The notes under the pieces are model-generated. The model saw only the letters and a program-made list of their open reading frames with translations. It was not told where the DNA came from and made no database searches. Positions 52,751 to 63,132 of a stretch of 64,000 bases of DNA are shown here, piece by piece. The stretch is from an uncultured Chloroflexia bacterium (GTDB taxonomy: Bacteria; Chloroflexota; Chloroflexia; QHBQ01; JADMIH01): positions 448,001-512,000 of the forward strand of contig CAWCNY010000001.1 of NCBI GenBank assembly GCA_963797095.1. Reading direction: 5' to 3'. Numbering within the stretch: the stretch's first letter is position 1; every line of letters starts with the position of its first letter. A program made the translations under genes and the position numbers.

Positions 52751-53875
52751 TTACGCCCCAGCGTACTCGGCATACACCCTCGCCGCCTTAATGGCCTCTC
52801 GCAGCCGTCCGGCACGGATAACTTGCGCTGGCGCATGGAAGTCGAGATACGGGTTGGTGTTGGTAAACCAGTTCTTTATGACCGAGGGCCTTTCTTCCTG
52901 CTGTAGGATCAGCAAGCACGTAAGGGCTGCTCGAAGCCTGCTGGCCGCTTCCGGACGGGCCTGCTCGACTGACCCCGCCAACCAGTTGCGTACCGTCCTG
53001 GTGGAGGCGTTTGCCATGTATGCGAGCTCTTTAGTAGGGAACAACTCGCGTAGACGGGCCACTACCTCCCGTAGTTCCAGGGCGTTAGCCTCCCGGTAGG
53101 TGGCCAGGAGCTGTGGGTGCTCCGCCCGAAGCGCCTCTTCCAAGGCAGCGTCGGCTTGCGCACCTGCTGCTCCCGATATGTCTGTAGAAGTTATAGGGCC
53201 TGTAGGGGTAGGGAAGGCAACATCCCCTGGCGCCGCTGGAGAAGTCGTAGATGCTAGCTCAAGCGCAGGTACAAGACCATGCGCCATAGCGTTCCGTAGC
53301 TGCTCCTGTTCAACAAGCCACTCTACCAGTTCCGTAACCCCGTTGATTATCCGAGCCTGTGCTTCCCTGGAGAGCGCGAGTTTCCAGAACTCAGCGCCAG
53401 CTACCGGTCGACCCTCATACAACAGCTCTATCCCGTCGGGGGAAGGCATATCCGCAAGCACGGCGGAGAGGTCTATGAGGCTGGGTAGTTTCTGCATCTC
53501 CACAGCCCCCATTTGTCCGGACCATATTTGCCCATGTAAGTCGCCCTGTATATCCACCTCTTGCACTCCAGGCACATAGGTTCGCCGATGGAATGAACCC
53601 GGCAGCGCCAGTTCGCTTACACCCCGCTGAGCAAACTCGAACGAGTAAAGCGCCTCCCGCATGCTATCTTGGCTCAAGATCAATTCCCCACCCTGCCAGG
53701 GGCGGGGCGCAGGCGTTAGCACTGGATGCGCAGTGATCCCACCCCGTATACGTCTAGCCGTACGGAATACGTAGTGCTGCCCGGTACCGGGGCTATCATG
53801 CTCCTCACCTCGTGCTGCACGACCAACAGGTACGCCCTCAGTTGTGGATCTCAACTTCGCCACCCCACTCTCCAA
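52751..53875 (-). CDS. Protein with C-terminal Xre/MbcA(ParS)-like antitoxin domain; start uncertain
   Basis: HTH KELAYMANASTRTVRNW followed by VIKNWFTNTNPYLDFHAPAQVIR. Confidence 0.6.
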   Translation of the reverse strand: MESGVAKLRSTTEGVPVGRAARGEEHDSPGTGQHYVFRTARRIRGGITAHPVLTPAPRPWQGGELILSQDSMREALYSFEFAQRGVSELALPGSFHRRTYVPGVQEVDIQGDLHGQIWSGQMGAVEMQKLPSLIDLSAVLADMPSPDGIELLYEGRPVAGAEFWKLALSREAQARIINGVTELVEWLVEQEQLRNAMAHGLVPALELASTTSPAAPGDVAFPTPTGPITSTDISGAAGAQADAALEEALRAEHPQLLATYREANALELREVVARLRELFPTKELAYMANASTRTVRNWLAGSVEQARPEAASRLRAALTCLLILQQEERPSVIKNWFTNTNPYLDFHAPAQVIRAGRLREAIKAARVYAEYAGA

Positions 53876-54180
53876 TGCTATATCCCTCGTCTATTGCCGC
53901 CTAATTTCCGCTTCGTTTCCATAGTATGGCATTAGAGCCCTTTCCTGTCAAGACCTGCGGGCGGTCTCATAGAGCCCCAAGGGTCGCCCAGTCGCCCACT
54001 GTTGCCCGCTGGAGTGCTAGAACGGAGCATCCTCACAGGGCAGTGCACATACCGAACGCACGTGCTATAATAAGGCAATAAGACATGGTCATCGATCTCG
54101 AGAGAGTCGGATATTCCGGCCAGGGAATAGGAGAGATATGGAGCTACAAGGCGCCGCAGCAGAGGCGCAGCAGAACCCGC

Positions 54181-55525
54181 TAGTACAGCTTGGCTCAAGT
54201 GAGGCCACAGTTATGCCACCAAAGCCTTGCCACGGTAGGTCCAGGCAAACGGCTTTGCCATCGTCTTGTTGTAGTAATCTATGAACTCCATCACTTTAGC
54301 TTCTAATTCCTCGACCGTGCGGAAGCTGCCTCGTTTCAGCAGCTTGCGCACCAATATGCTCAGCCATATCTCGATCTGGTTCAGCCATGAACTGTGCTTG
54401 GGGGTGTAGTGAAACACGATCTTGTGACTGCCTTCGCTCAGAAACGCTGCTCTCGAAAGGCGGTTGTGGCGGTTGTGCAGGATGCCGCTCTTGCCTTTCT
54501 CCCCCAGGTCCATCTCCTCCAGCCCACTTACCCTGGCTACCAAACGCACCAGCGTCTCGGAGCGGTGCGTGTCGAGGTTGTCCACCACAAAGTGCCATTT
54601 CCTAACCAAAGGCTCCCTCTCCACACTGCGCTGCACATGGGCCGCAAAGTCGGCCTCGTTGCGCGTGGGGCCACTCGAGGTGTTGCCAATCCCCCCAGTT
54701 GCCACGTCCAAGTCGATGATGAACGAACGGGTGCCATGACGAATGTACTCGAACTCTCGCCTCTCCACCTTGCCAGGCTTCATCGGCAGGGTGGGGTGGC
54801 AGCGCTCCAGGGCTTGTACTCCGGTCATCTCATCACTACTCAGCACCCTCTCTCCTCTCCTGCCCTGGTCAACTCCTGTGCCATACGGTAAAGAGAGCAT
54901 ACGTCCGAAACCTTCTCATCGAAGCGCTCCTCTCGCTCATAAGAGGGTGGGGTCAGCCAGTAACGGCTCAGGTGCGGTTTGAGATCCCCCTTTTGAGCAG
55001 GCGGGCTGCATGGCGAGGTGATATCTGCTCAACGATGCCGCGATTCTTCACCTCATCGGCAATCTCACGACTGCTCCACTGGCTGATAGGACGCCCACTC
55101 TGTGCAGGAGCTTCACATGCCAGAGCCACAATCTGGCACACAGCCTCAGCACTGATGCGGGCAGGCGCACCCGACCGGGGCACATCAGTCAGGCGCTCTG
55201 GGGCGCTCAAGTCATCCGCTGACACGGCTTGCAGATCGAGCCAGCGCCTCCGCCACAGTTGGGCCATATCACGGCTAACCCCTAGCTCTCGGACAATCTG
55301 GCCGTTGTTGAGGCCGTCGGCTGCGGCTAGCACGATGCGGGCACGCAAGGTCAGTTGCTGTGGTGTCGAGTGGCGGCGCAGCAGGTTGTTCAGTTCCTGG
55401 CGCTCTATGCTGGTGAGTTCAATCATCGGCGGTTTAGGTCCTCTAGGTCCACGCATTGGCTGTTACCTCTCCCTTGGTGTTTCAGCCATTATATACTGGG
55501 GTCTCATTTGAGCCAACCTGTACTA
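54181..55525 (-). mobile_element. IS630-family element
   Basis: IRs TAGTACAGCTTGGCTCAAGTGAG / revcomp TAGTACAGGTTGGCTCAAATGAG (21/23), with TA ends. Confidence 0.9.
54211..55456 (-). pseudogene. IS630 transposase (orfA/orfB; extra 5-bp duplication frameshift)
   Basis: orfA HTH ending in slippery AAAAGGGGG; SSDEMTG, VDNLDTH, HSSWLNQIEIW; TCTCC duplicated at 54851-54860. Confidence 0.88.
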
Positions 55526-55557
55526 GGAACCAGGAACCATAATCTGACTACCAACTA

Positions 55558-56349
55558 CTACAGACTGCTCTTCACGATGCCGCCATCGATCTGTATTGTG
55601 GTGCCCGTTATGTAGGCAGCTTTGTCCGAGGCCAGGAACGCCACGAGATAGCCCATTTCTTCAGGTGCGCCATACCTGCCTAACGGGATCTGGCTGAGCG
55701 ACAGCTTCTTCGACTCCTCGTCAGATACGCCCAGCGAGCGGGCACGGCCCGCATCCAATTGGCGGATGCGCTCTGTATCAAACCTGCCTGTGGCAATAGT
55801 GTTGACCGTGATCTGATTGGGTGCTAGCTCCTGCGATAAGGTCTTGGCGAGGCCCACCACCGCCGACCTGATCGAATTGGATAAGATCAAGCCTGGAATC
55901 GGCTCTTTTACCGCCGTGCTGGTCAAATTGATGATGCGCCCCCTGCCGCTCTTCTGAAGGTGAGGCAGAGCCTGGTGGATCATGCGCACTGTGCTCATCA
56001 GGTTCAACTCAAATGCTTTCTGCCAGGCCACATCGTCGTGCTTGATGAACTCGCCGGGAGGTGGGCCACCTGCATTTGTGACCAGAATATCCAGCCTGCC
56101 CAGCCGCTCGACCGTCAGGGCAATCGCGGCCTCTATATCGCCGGGGTTGGTAACGTCGGCCACCACGGGCAGCACTGTCGCCCCGGTCGCCTGGCGCACC
56201 CTCTCAGCAGCCGCTTCGATAGCATCCTGCCTGCGGGCGCACATAGCCACCGACGCACCCTCCCGTGCCAGCTCCAATGCTATAGCCTCTCCCAGCCCCT
56301 GGCTGGCCGCCGCCACGAACGCCACCGTCCCACGCAAACCCATATCCAT
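55558..56349 (-). CDS. SDR-family oxidoreductase
   Basis: AASQGLG, LVTNAGGP, ITGTTIQIDGG. Confidence 0.93.
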   Translation of the reverse strand: MDMGLRGTVAFVAAASQGLGEAIALELAREGASVAMCARRQDAIEAAAERVRQATGATVLPVVADVTNPGDIEAAIALTVERLGRLDILVTNAGGPPPGEFIKHDDVAWQKAFELNLMSTVRMIHQALPHLQKSGRGRIINLTSTAVKEPIPGLILSNSIRSAVVGLAKTLSQELAPNQITVNTIATGRFDTERIRQLDAGRARSLGVSDEESKKLSLSQIPLGRYGAPEEMGYLVAFLASDKAAYITGTTIQIDGGIVKSSL

Positions 56350-56370
56350 AGCTCGCTCCTGCCGGGACGT

Positions 56371-56412
56371 AGGAGGAAAGACGAAGGCAGTATGACCTTT
56401 GTCTTTCCTCCT
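56371..56412 (-). terminator. Hairpin downstream of sodA
   Basis: AGGAGGAAAGACGAAGG ... CCTTTGTCTTTCCTCCT stem-loop. Confidence 0.5.
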
Positions 56413-56431
56413 TCGTTCTTCGTCGCTAACT

Positions 56432-57046
56432 TTACCTGTTCGCCGCTTCGAAGCGCCGTGCGACTTCGTTCCAGTTGACCACGTTCCACCAGGCCGCTAG
56501 ATATTCGGGCCTGCGGTTCTGGTACTTCAGGTAATACGCATGCTCCCATACGTCGTTGCCCATGATCGGGAACTGCCCGTCCGAGATCGGGCTGTCCTGG
56601 TTGGCCGTGCTGACGAGCTTCAACTCGCCCGCTGATGTGCGCACCAGCCACACCCAACCGCTGCCGAATCGTTTCGCGCCCGCGTCCTGGAATGCCGACT
56701 TGAAGCCGTCAAAGCTGCCGAATGTCCTCACAATCGCCTGTCCAAGCTCACCCTGAGGATCGCCACCGCCATCCTGGCTCATGATCTCCCAGAACATGGT
56801 GTGGTTGACATGTCCGCCGCCGTTGTTACGGACAGCCGTGCGGATATCCTCCGGTATGCTGTTCAGGTCTCCAACCAATTGTTCGACACTCTTGTCTTGC
56901 AAATCAGGGTAATTGGCGAGAGCGGCGTTCAGGTTGTTAATATACGCCTGGTGGTGCTTGTCGTGATGCAAATGCATGGTCTCTTCGTCAATGTAGGGCT
57001 CCAGTGCATCGTACCCATAAGGCAGAGGGGGAAGTTCGAATGCCAT
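56432..57046 (-). CDS. sodA: Mn/Fe superoxide dismutase
   Basis: [31 protein letters not shown]. Confidence 0.96.
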   Translation of the reverse strand: MAFELPPLPYGYDALEPYIDEETMHLHHDKHHQAYINNLNAALANYPDLQDKSVEQLVGDLNSIPEDIRTAVRNNGGGHVNHTMFWEIMSQDGGGDPQGELGQAIVRTFGSFDGFKSAFQDAGAKRFGSGWVWLVRTSAGELKLVSTANQDSPISDGQFPIMGNDVWEHAYYLKYQNRRPEYLAAWWNVVNWNEVARRFEAANR

Positions 57047-57192
57047 TGTTATTATCCTCCTGTAATTCGTGCGATTCTTCTATCATTTGATATTTGTTGT
57101 GCGCGCCGAGCACAGTCCGGTGGCAGTGTAATTGTACTCAGGCTGGGATTTACGTCAAGGAAAATGACGCGCTAATAGAACTCCTGCATTTA

Positions 57193-58398
57193 TCATGCCA
57201 GGCCCGCCATGGAGGGCTGTGTGTACACCTGCATCGCCGCCTGCAGGCCAACCCCCGGCTCGACATTGTGGCCCCTCCCCGACAGCACTATCTCAAGCGA
57301 TGCCAGCAGTTGGAGCACATACTCCTGCTGCGATCCATAGCCCATCAGCCCCACGCGCAGTAACCGTCCTTTGAGGGGTCCCAAACCGCCTCCGATTTCG
57401 ATGTCATACTCTTTGAGCAAGGTGCTTCTGATCTGCATTTCGTCCAGGCCATCGGGCACCTGTATCGCGTTCAGAGGCCACAAGCTATAATCTTCAACGG
57501 GTAGGAAGTTGAGGCCCATCGCTTCAACCCCCCCGCGGAAGGCAAGGTGGTTGTGCCTGTGTCTCTCCCACCTTGCCTCCAGTCCCTCCCTATGGAGCAG
57601 CGATAGCGCCGCGTGGAGAGAGTAGATCAGGGGGGCTGAAATCGTGTGGTGGTACTGCCTATCCTCCCAGTATTTGCTCAAGAGGATGGCGTCCAGGTAG
57701 AAGCTATGGACCGGCTCCTTTCTGCCCTTGATCCTCTCTATGGCCCTGCTGTTGAAGGTGATCGGGGAGAGGCCCGACGGCGCACCCAGGCACTTCTGGC
57801 TGCCGCTGTAACACACATCAACGGCCCAGTCGTCAACTAGCAGCGGTTGCCCGCCGAGCGACGTAACGGCGTCCACCACCAGCAGCGCGCCAACTCCATG
57901 CGCCGCCTCCGCTATCCCGCGCAGGTCCTGGCAGACCCCGGTGGACGTTTCTGCGTGCACCAGGCATACCACTCGCGGTTCGACCTCGCGGATCGCTGCG
58001 ACCAATTTCTCGGTATCAACAGGCGTGCCCCATTGCGCTTCCACCCGGTGGACTTCGCCCCCGGCGCGCCTGGCGATCTCACACATACGCTCACCGAAGT
58101 AGCCCATCACACCCACCAGCACTTTATCGCCCGGCTCTATCGTATTGAGAAGCGCCGATTCCATCCCCGACGTGCCCGTACCGGAGAGGGCAAGGGTCAA
58201 GTCGTTACCGGTGCGAAACGCGCTCCTGAGCATACCCTGCAACTCGCCCATAAGCTCCAACAGGGCGGGGTCAAGGTGCCCAAGAGGCGGAAGAGTCATC
58301 GCCCGTAGCACCTCCGGATCAACCTCGCTTGGGCCGGGGCCGAGCAAGAGCCGCCGAGGCACCATGCCATACTCGCTGTCACTGGATCGTTCTGCCAT
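57193..58398 (-). CDS. Alanine-glyoxylate/serine-pyruvate aminotransferase (class V PLP)
   Basis: LLGPGPS, HAETSTGV, DAVTSLGG, SGSQKCL. Confidence 0.93.
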   Translation of the reverse strand: MAERSSDSEYGMVPRRLLLGPGPSEVDPEVLRAMTLPPLGHLDPALLELMGELQGMLRSAFRTGNDLTLALSGTGTSGMESALLNTIEPGDKVLVGVMGYFGERMCEIARRAGGEVHRVEAQWGTPVDTEKLVAAIREVEPRVVCLVHAETSTGVCQDLRGIAEAAHGVGALLVVDAVTSLGGQPLLVDDWAVDVCYSGSQKCLGAPSGLSPITFNSRAIERIKGRKEPVHSFYLDAILLSKYWEDRQYHHTISAPLIYSLHAALSLLHREGLEARWERHRHNHLAFRGGVEAMGLNFLPVEDYSLWPLNAIQVPDGLDEMQIRSTLLKEYDIEIGGGLGPLKGRLLRVGLMGYGSQQEYVLQLLASLEIVLSGRGHNVEPGVGLQAAMQVYTQPSMAGLA

Positions 58399-58659
58399 TG
58401 CTTCGATATCCTCCAATCTGCCGCGTCTTTTGTACTCCAACATTCCTATTATAATCCCACATTCTCTTATCATGGTTTTGAGGGAGGTTATTCTTGCCCT
58501 CATTAACTATATGGCAAAGGTGGGACAAAACTGGACAGGTTTTGGGGTGTACTTTGGTACAGTCTTTTTTGGTTCGGGGGCTATAGCCAAACCCCACCCA
58601 AAAATGCTAATATAGGTGAAGCACAGTTCATCGTCACATATCACCCGGCAAGAGATCGC

Positions 58660-59538
58660 ATGAACGACACGCAACCATATCGCAAGAACTTACTCCGCGC
58701 TGCAGGGCTGACCAAGCGCTTCGGCGAGTTGGTGGCCGTAGGTGGGGTGGACTTCGATATCCCGCGCCACGGGATCGTGAGCTTGATAGGGCCTAACGGC
58801 GCGGGCAAAACGGTCTTCTTCAACATGCTGACCGGACTGATCAAACCGGATAGCGGTGATATCTGGTTCAACGGCGAGCGGATCACCGGCCAACCGCCCG
58901 ACCGCGTCACACACCTGGGCATAGCCCGGACATTCCAGGGCATACGTCTCTTCAAGAACATGACCGTGCTGGAGAACGTGATGGTGGGCCAGCACACACG
59001 CATGAGCAGAGGCTTGCTGGAGGTAGTGCTCCGCAGCCCTGAGATGAAGCAGGAGGAGAGGGCTGCCCACCTTAAGAGCCTTGAGTTGCTCGATTTTGTC
59101 GGGCTGCGCCACCTCGCCGATGAGAACGCCAAAAACCTTCCTTTTGGCATCCAACGCCGCATCGAAATAGCCCGCGCCCTGGCAACCACGCCCCATCTGC
59201 TGCTGCTGGACGAGCCGACAGCAGGCATGAACCCCAGCGAAACCGCCTCTGTGATCAACCTCATATCGCGCCTTGACAATGAGTTAGGGCTTGCGGTGCT
59301 GCTAATCGAGCATGATATGAAGGTGGTTATGCGTATCTCGGCACGCGTCTCCGTGCTGGATTATGGCCTGAAGATAGCCGAGGGCACGCCCGAAGAGATC
59401 AGGCATGACGCCCGCGTGATCGAGGCCTACCTGGGCCGCAGCGCCGGTGCCGAGCGCGAGCTAAACCCGCCAGAGCAAGAACCTGAGACCCGTTCAACCG
59501 AGGGGCTTCAAATAAGGCCGGAGCCTGCCACAAGCTGA
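58660..59538 (+). CDS. livG: Branched-chain amino acid ABC ATP-binding protein (LivG-like), stand-alone
   Basis: GPNGAGKT, IARTFQ, LLDEPTAGMN, IEHDM, EAYLG. Confidence 0.88.
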   Translation: MNDTQPYRKNLLRAAGLTKRFGELVAVGGVDFDIPRHGIVSLIGPNGAGKTVFFNMLTGLIKPDSGDIWFNGERITGQPPDRVTHLGIARTFQGIRLFKNMTVLENVMVGQHTRMSRGLLEVVLRSPEMKQEERAAHLKSLELLDFVGLRHLADENAKNLPFGIQRRIEIARALATTPHLLLLDEPTAGMNPSETASVINLISRLDNELGLAVLLIEHDMKVVMRISARVSVLDYGLKIAEGTPEEIRHDARVIEAYLGRSAGAERELNPPEQEPETRSTEGLQIRPEPATS

Positions 59539-59595
59539 TCAGGCAAACTTATTGCGACAGCATTTTGGTTGAACACTGGCTTTTTAGGGGGGTCT

Positions 59596-62496
59596 ATGAG
59601 AACCCTCTTCAGTATATGGCTGCGAGACCAAAGCGAAAAACTGGGGCTTTCAAATGAAAGCCTGGCAGAAAGTGCGAACTGCTCGCTCGATCTCCTGAAC
59701 GCTATCGAGTCGGGCACAGGACACCCTGATAGGGCGCTGGCCGAAAAACTGGCACGCATCTTCGACGTGCCGGAGGACCAGCACCCGAACTTCATCCTCT
59801 TTGCCGTCTCCGACCTGGACGCGCCAACTGCGGGCTATGATCACAGGGCAGTGTCTGCCGACATAGATAGAGAGCTACCCTGGCGCACTCATGTGCATCC
59901 CCCAACCAACCTTCCGGCACAGCTTACGACCTTCGTCGGGCGCGATGAGATCGTTGAGAACCTGAGCGCGCTCCTGGCCGGACCGAACGTGCGCCTGCTC
60001 ACGCTGCTTGGGCCGCCCGGCATTGGCAAGACTCGTTTGAGTATTCAGGTGGCTACCAGGCTCCTGGACGACTTTGAAGACGGGGTTTTCTTCATACCTT
60101 TGGCCCCGGTCACCGATCACACGCATGTGGCGGAAGCGATAGCCCAATCGCTGGGGATCAAAGAGACCTCCAACCGCTCTGCATCCGAACTTGTCACGGA
60201 TTTCCTAAGCCCGAAGCAGATGATCCTGGTACTGGACAACTTCGAGCAGGTGGTAGAGGCCGGGCCGTTCGTGACAGAACTTCTGGTGGCCTCTCCTTTA
60301 CTCAAGGTACTGGTGACGAGTCGCTTTGACCTTCACCTGTATGGAGAGCATGTATATCGCTTGCCGCCGCTCGTACTGCCGCAAAGCGGGCCGGACCTGA
60401 CCGCCGATACATTGTCCGTTTCAGAGGCTTCCCAACTTTTCGTGCAGCGCGCTCAGTCGGCCCAACCCGACTTCAGGGTGGACGGTGAGACGGCGGCGGC
60501 GATAGCCGCTATTTGCCGTAAGCTGGATGGCCTGCCTCTCGCTATCGAGCTTGCAGCAGCCCGTACCAACGTACTCTCACCGGCGGGCATCCTGGCGCGG
60601 TTGGACCACCGTCTTCAACTGCTGACGGCCGGACCCCGCAACCTTCCTCCACGCCAACAGACCTTGCGGGGCGCGCTTGATTGGAGCTACGACTTACTGA
60701 GCGAGAAAGAAAAAACCCTCTTCCGGCTTCTGTCGGTATTCGTGGGGGGTTGCACGATGGAGGCGGTGGAGCGTATTTGGGAAATGAGCCAACAGGCAAA
60801 TCCCGCCTTCCAATACTCACCATCCGAGCAACTGGACCTGATCACTTCCCTGCTCGATAAGAGCCTGCTGAGGCACGAGATCGGCCCGCAGGGTGAGCCT
60901 CGCTTTGTGCTACTCGAAACGATCCGGGAATACGGGCTGGAAAAGCTTGAGGAGGCCGGGAATGAGCAGGCAGTAAGGCGAATACATACCGCGTATATGA
61001 TCGAGCGTGCCGAACAAGCTGAGCCGCACCTTACCGCCGCCGACCGCGACCCGTGGCTCCTGGTCCTGGACGCCGAGTTGGACAACTTCCGCGCGGCCCT
61101 TGCCTGGTCATTGAGTGATAGCGGAGACCGAGAATACGGGCTGCGACTTGCCGGGGCGCTAAACTGGTTCTGGTATTTCAGCAACCACGTGCGGGAAGGC
61201 CACAAATGGCTCACCGAGCTGCTTTCGCCCCCGGACACTCCTTCGGCGGTCGAGATACGAGCCAAAGCGCTGTACGCCGCAGGTTGGATGACACGCTTCC
61301 TGGGCGACCTGGAAGGCGCTATCTCTTTACTTGAAGAAAGCGTGTCACTCCGGCGTAATACCTCAGATAGGAGGGTGCTGGCTTACGCGCTTGCGGAGCT
61401 GGGGTTGGCGGAAGCGATAAGTCGCAAGCCATCGGCAACCGCCTTTAGCAGCGAGAGTGTAAGTCTGTTCCGGCAGGTAGGAGACATCTGGGGGCTGGCG
61501 CTTGCCCTCGATTATCAAGGGGATGTAGAGAACTTGTCGGGCAACCCCACAAGGGGCGACGAGTTGTACTCGGAAAGCCTGGTGCTGTTTCGCGAATTGA
61601 AGGACAAGTGGGGCATCGCAGCCGAATTGGGGCAGCTTGGCAACGCGGCCTTGAGATCGGGGGATTATGAAGCAGCGCAAAACTGTATCAATGAAGCGCT
61701 GGCAATAGAGCGTGTCAAGCGGGACAAGTGGAATGTTGCCCACTTGTTGCGCAGCCTGGGCATGATCCTCCAGCATCAAGGAGAGTACGCGAAGGCTATC
61801 AATCTCTACGAGGAGAGCCTTGCCGCCTATAGAGAGATTGGCGATAGGAAGAACATGGCTGCCGCCCTTCTGAGCCTGGGAAACCTGGCTCAGATTCAAG
61901 GGCACTACCAGCGCGCGGTTGCTTTATACCAGGAAGCCATCACTCTACCCGGGAGATACGAGGGCAACAAAACCGTGGGGTTGTGCTGCGCGGGGTTAGC
62001 CAGGATCGCGTCCATACACAATCAATGGGAGCAGGCGGTACTGCTCTTTGCCGCAGCCGATACGTTGTCCAAAGATTTCCTCAAGGATGTAACCCAGGTA
62101 AACGCATATCTCAAATACAGCCGTTTTCTGGCGAGAGCACGGGCTCGCCTGGGAAAAACAGCTTCCGGAGTGGCCTGGGCGAAAGGGCACGCCATGAATC
62201 TTGAGCAAATCAAGGCGATGGCCCTCAAATTCGATGTTGCACTGAAGCAGACAAAGAGGCCGAGCCGTGTATCTGCGGCGAATGAGCCTTCGAGCATACA
62301 GCATACAGACCTGAGCAAGCGAGAGCTTGAACTGCTGCGACTGACCGCGCAAGGGCTGAGCAACATAGAGATCGCCGAACGCCTCCTGCTCAGCCCGAAT
62401 ACAGTGCGAGCACACCTATACTCGATCTACGCCAAGATAGATGTCACATCCCGTGCGGCTGCCACGCATTTCGCTATCAAAAATAAGCTTCTATAG
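59596..62496 (+). CDS. XRE-HTH - NB-ARC/STAND - TPR - LuxR-HTH regulator
   Basis: N-terminal HTH, GPPGIGKT, LDNFE, GLPLAIELAA, TPRs, LSKRELELL...SPNTVRAHLYSIYAK. Confidence 0.93.
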   Translation: MRTLFSIWLRDQSEKLGLSNESLAESANCSLDLLNAIESGTGHPDRALAEKLARIFDVPEDQHPNFILFAVSDLDAPTAGYDHRAVSADIDRELPWRTHVHPPTNLPAQLTTFVGRDEIVENLSALLAGPNVRLLTLLGPPGIGKTRLSIQVATRLLDDFEDGVFFIPLAPVTDHTHVAEAIAQSLGIKETSNRSASELVTDFLSPKQMILVLDNFEQVVEAGPFVTELLVASPLLKVLVTSRFDLHLYGEHVYRLPPLVLPQSGPDLTADTLSVSEASQLFVQRAQSAQPDFRVDGETAAAIAAICRKLDGLPLAIELAAARTNVLSPAGILARLDHRLQLLTAGPRNLPPRQQTLRGALDWSYDLLSEKEKTLFRLLSVFVGGCTMEAVERIWEMSQQANPAFQYSPSEQLDLITSLLDKSLLRHEIGPQGEPRFVLLETIREYGLEKLEEAGNEQAVRRIHTAYMIERAEQAEPHLTAADRDPWLLVLDAELDNFRAALAWSLSDSGDREYGLRLAGALNWFWYFSNHVREGHKWLTELLSPPDTPSAVEIRAKALYAAGWMTRFLGDLEGAISLLEESVSLRRNTSDRRVLAYALAELGLAEAISRKPSATAFSSESVSLFRQVGDIWGLALALDYQGDVENLSGNPTRGDELYSESLVLFRELKDKWGIAAELGQLGNAALRSGDYEAAQNCINEALAIERVKRDKWNVAHLLRSLGMILQHQGEYAKAINLYEESLAAYREIGDRKNMAAALLSLGNLAQIQGHYQRAVALYQEAITLPGRYEGNKTVGLCCAGLARIASIHNQWEQAVLLFAAADTLSKDFLKDVTQVNAYLKYSRFLARARARLGKTASGVAWAKGHAMNLEQIKAMALKFDVALKQTKRPSRVSAANEPSSIQHTDLSKRELELLRLTAQGLSNIEIAERLLLSPNTVRAHLYSIYAKIDVTSRAAATHFAIKNKLL

Positions 62497-62701
62497 CGAG
62501 CCTATGTATTGACACCGGAAGCAGACGGGTTCATAATGATGAGAACCTGGAGCCTATTCTTGTTGGTGCTGTTATCTCTAGTGCGCCGCGTGTAGCGTTG
62601 GGATGGCGAACATACAACCACCCATAACCACGTGGCGCGACGAGTATTTGTGGGAGAAATGAAATCCACCCAGCGTGACGATTATCATCAGGAGGAAAGC
62701 A

Positions 62702-63025
62702 ATGTCGAAGAGTCAAGCTTTGCAAGATAGAGCCCCCGCTGCCCTTAGCGAGGGCAACAAATCGATTGCGCAGCGGGATTTCCTGTGGGGAGATATTTTT
62801 GATGAATATTACTCTGCCTCGGATTTCCACGGGTTCTTCATAGTGCGGGCAGCCAATAGCACCGACCTGTGCGAAGGTAGCAATGTCTTTCCATGTGGCG
62901 AACAACCGGATAAGACCAAGACGTCCGATGCAGCCTGCCAACCACCTCCAGCGAACCCGACGCCGCCACCGCCTCCACCCGCAGATGAAACGGATAAGAG
63001 TGACGCGGGCCAGCCACACGGATAA
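62702..63025 (+). CDS. Small hypothetical protein with a Pro-rich tail
   Basis: RBS AGGAGG about 7 nt before the ATG; the 3' end runs into the 28-bp repeat. Confidence 0.45.
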   Translation: MSKSQALQDRAPAALSEGNKSIAQRDFLWGDIFDEYYSASDFHGFFIVRAANSTDLCEGSNVFPCGEQPDKTKTSDAACQPPPANPTPPPPPPADETDKSDAGQPHG

Positions 63026-63073
63026 GAGTGACGCGGGCCAGCCACACGGATAAGAGTGACGCGGGCCAGCCAC
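62990..63073. repeat. 28-bp perfect tandem repeat x3
   Basis: (ACGGATAAGAGTGACGCGGGCCAGCCAC)3 with no spacers. Confidence 0.95.
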
Positions 63074-63132
63074 AAGGTACGGACTTAAAGAAGCAGGCAA
63101 CTCTGCCGCTCCTGCTTCTCAGGGCGATTTTG

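Noticed and set aside
62990-63073. 28-bp repeats as a CRISPR array
   Set aside because: The units are directly adjacent with no spacers, and there are no cas genes in the window.
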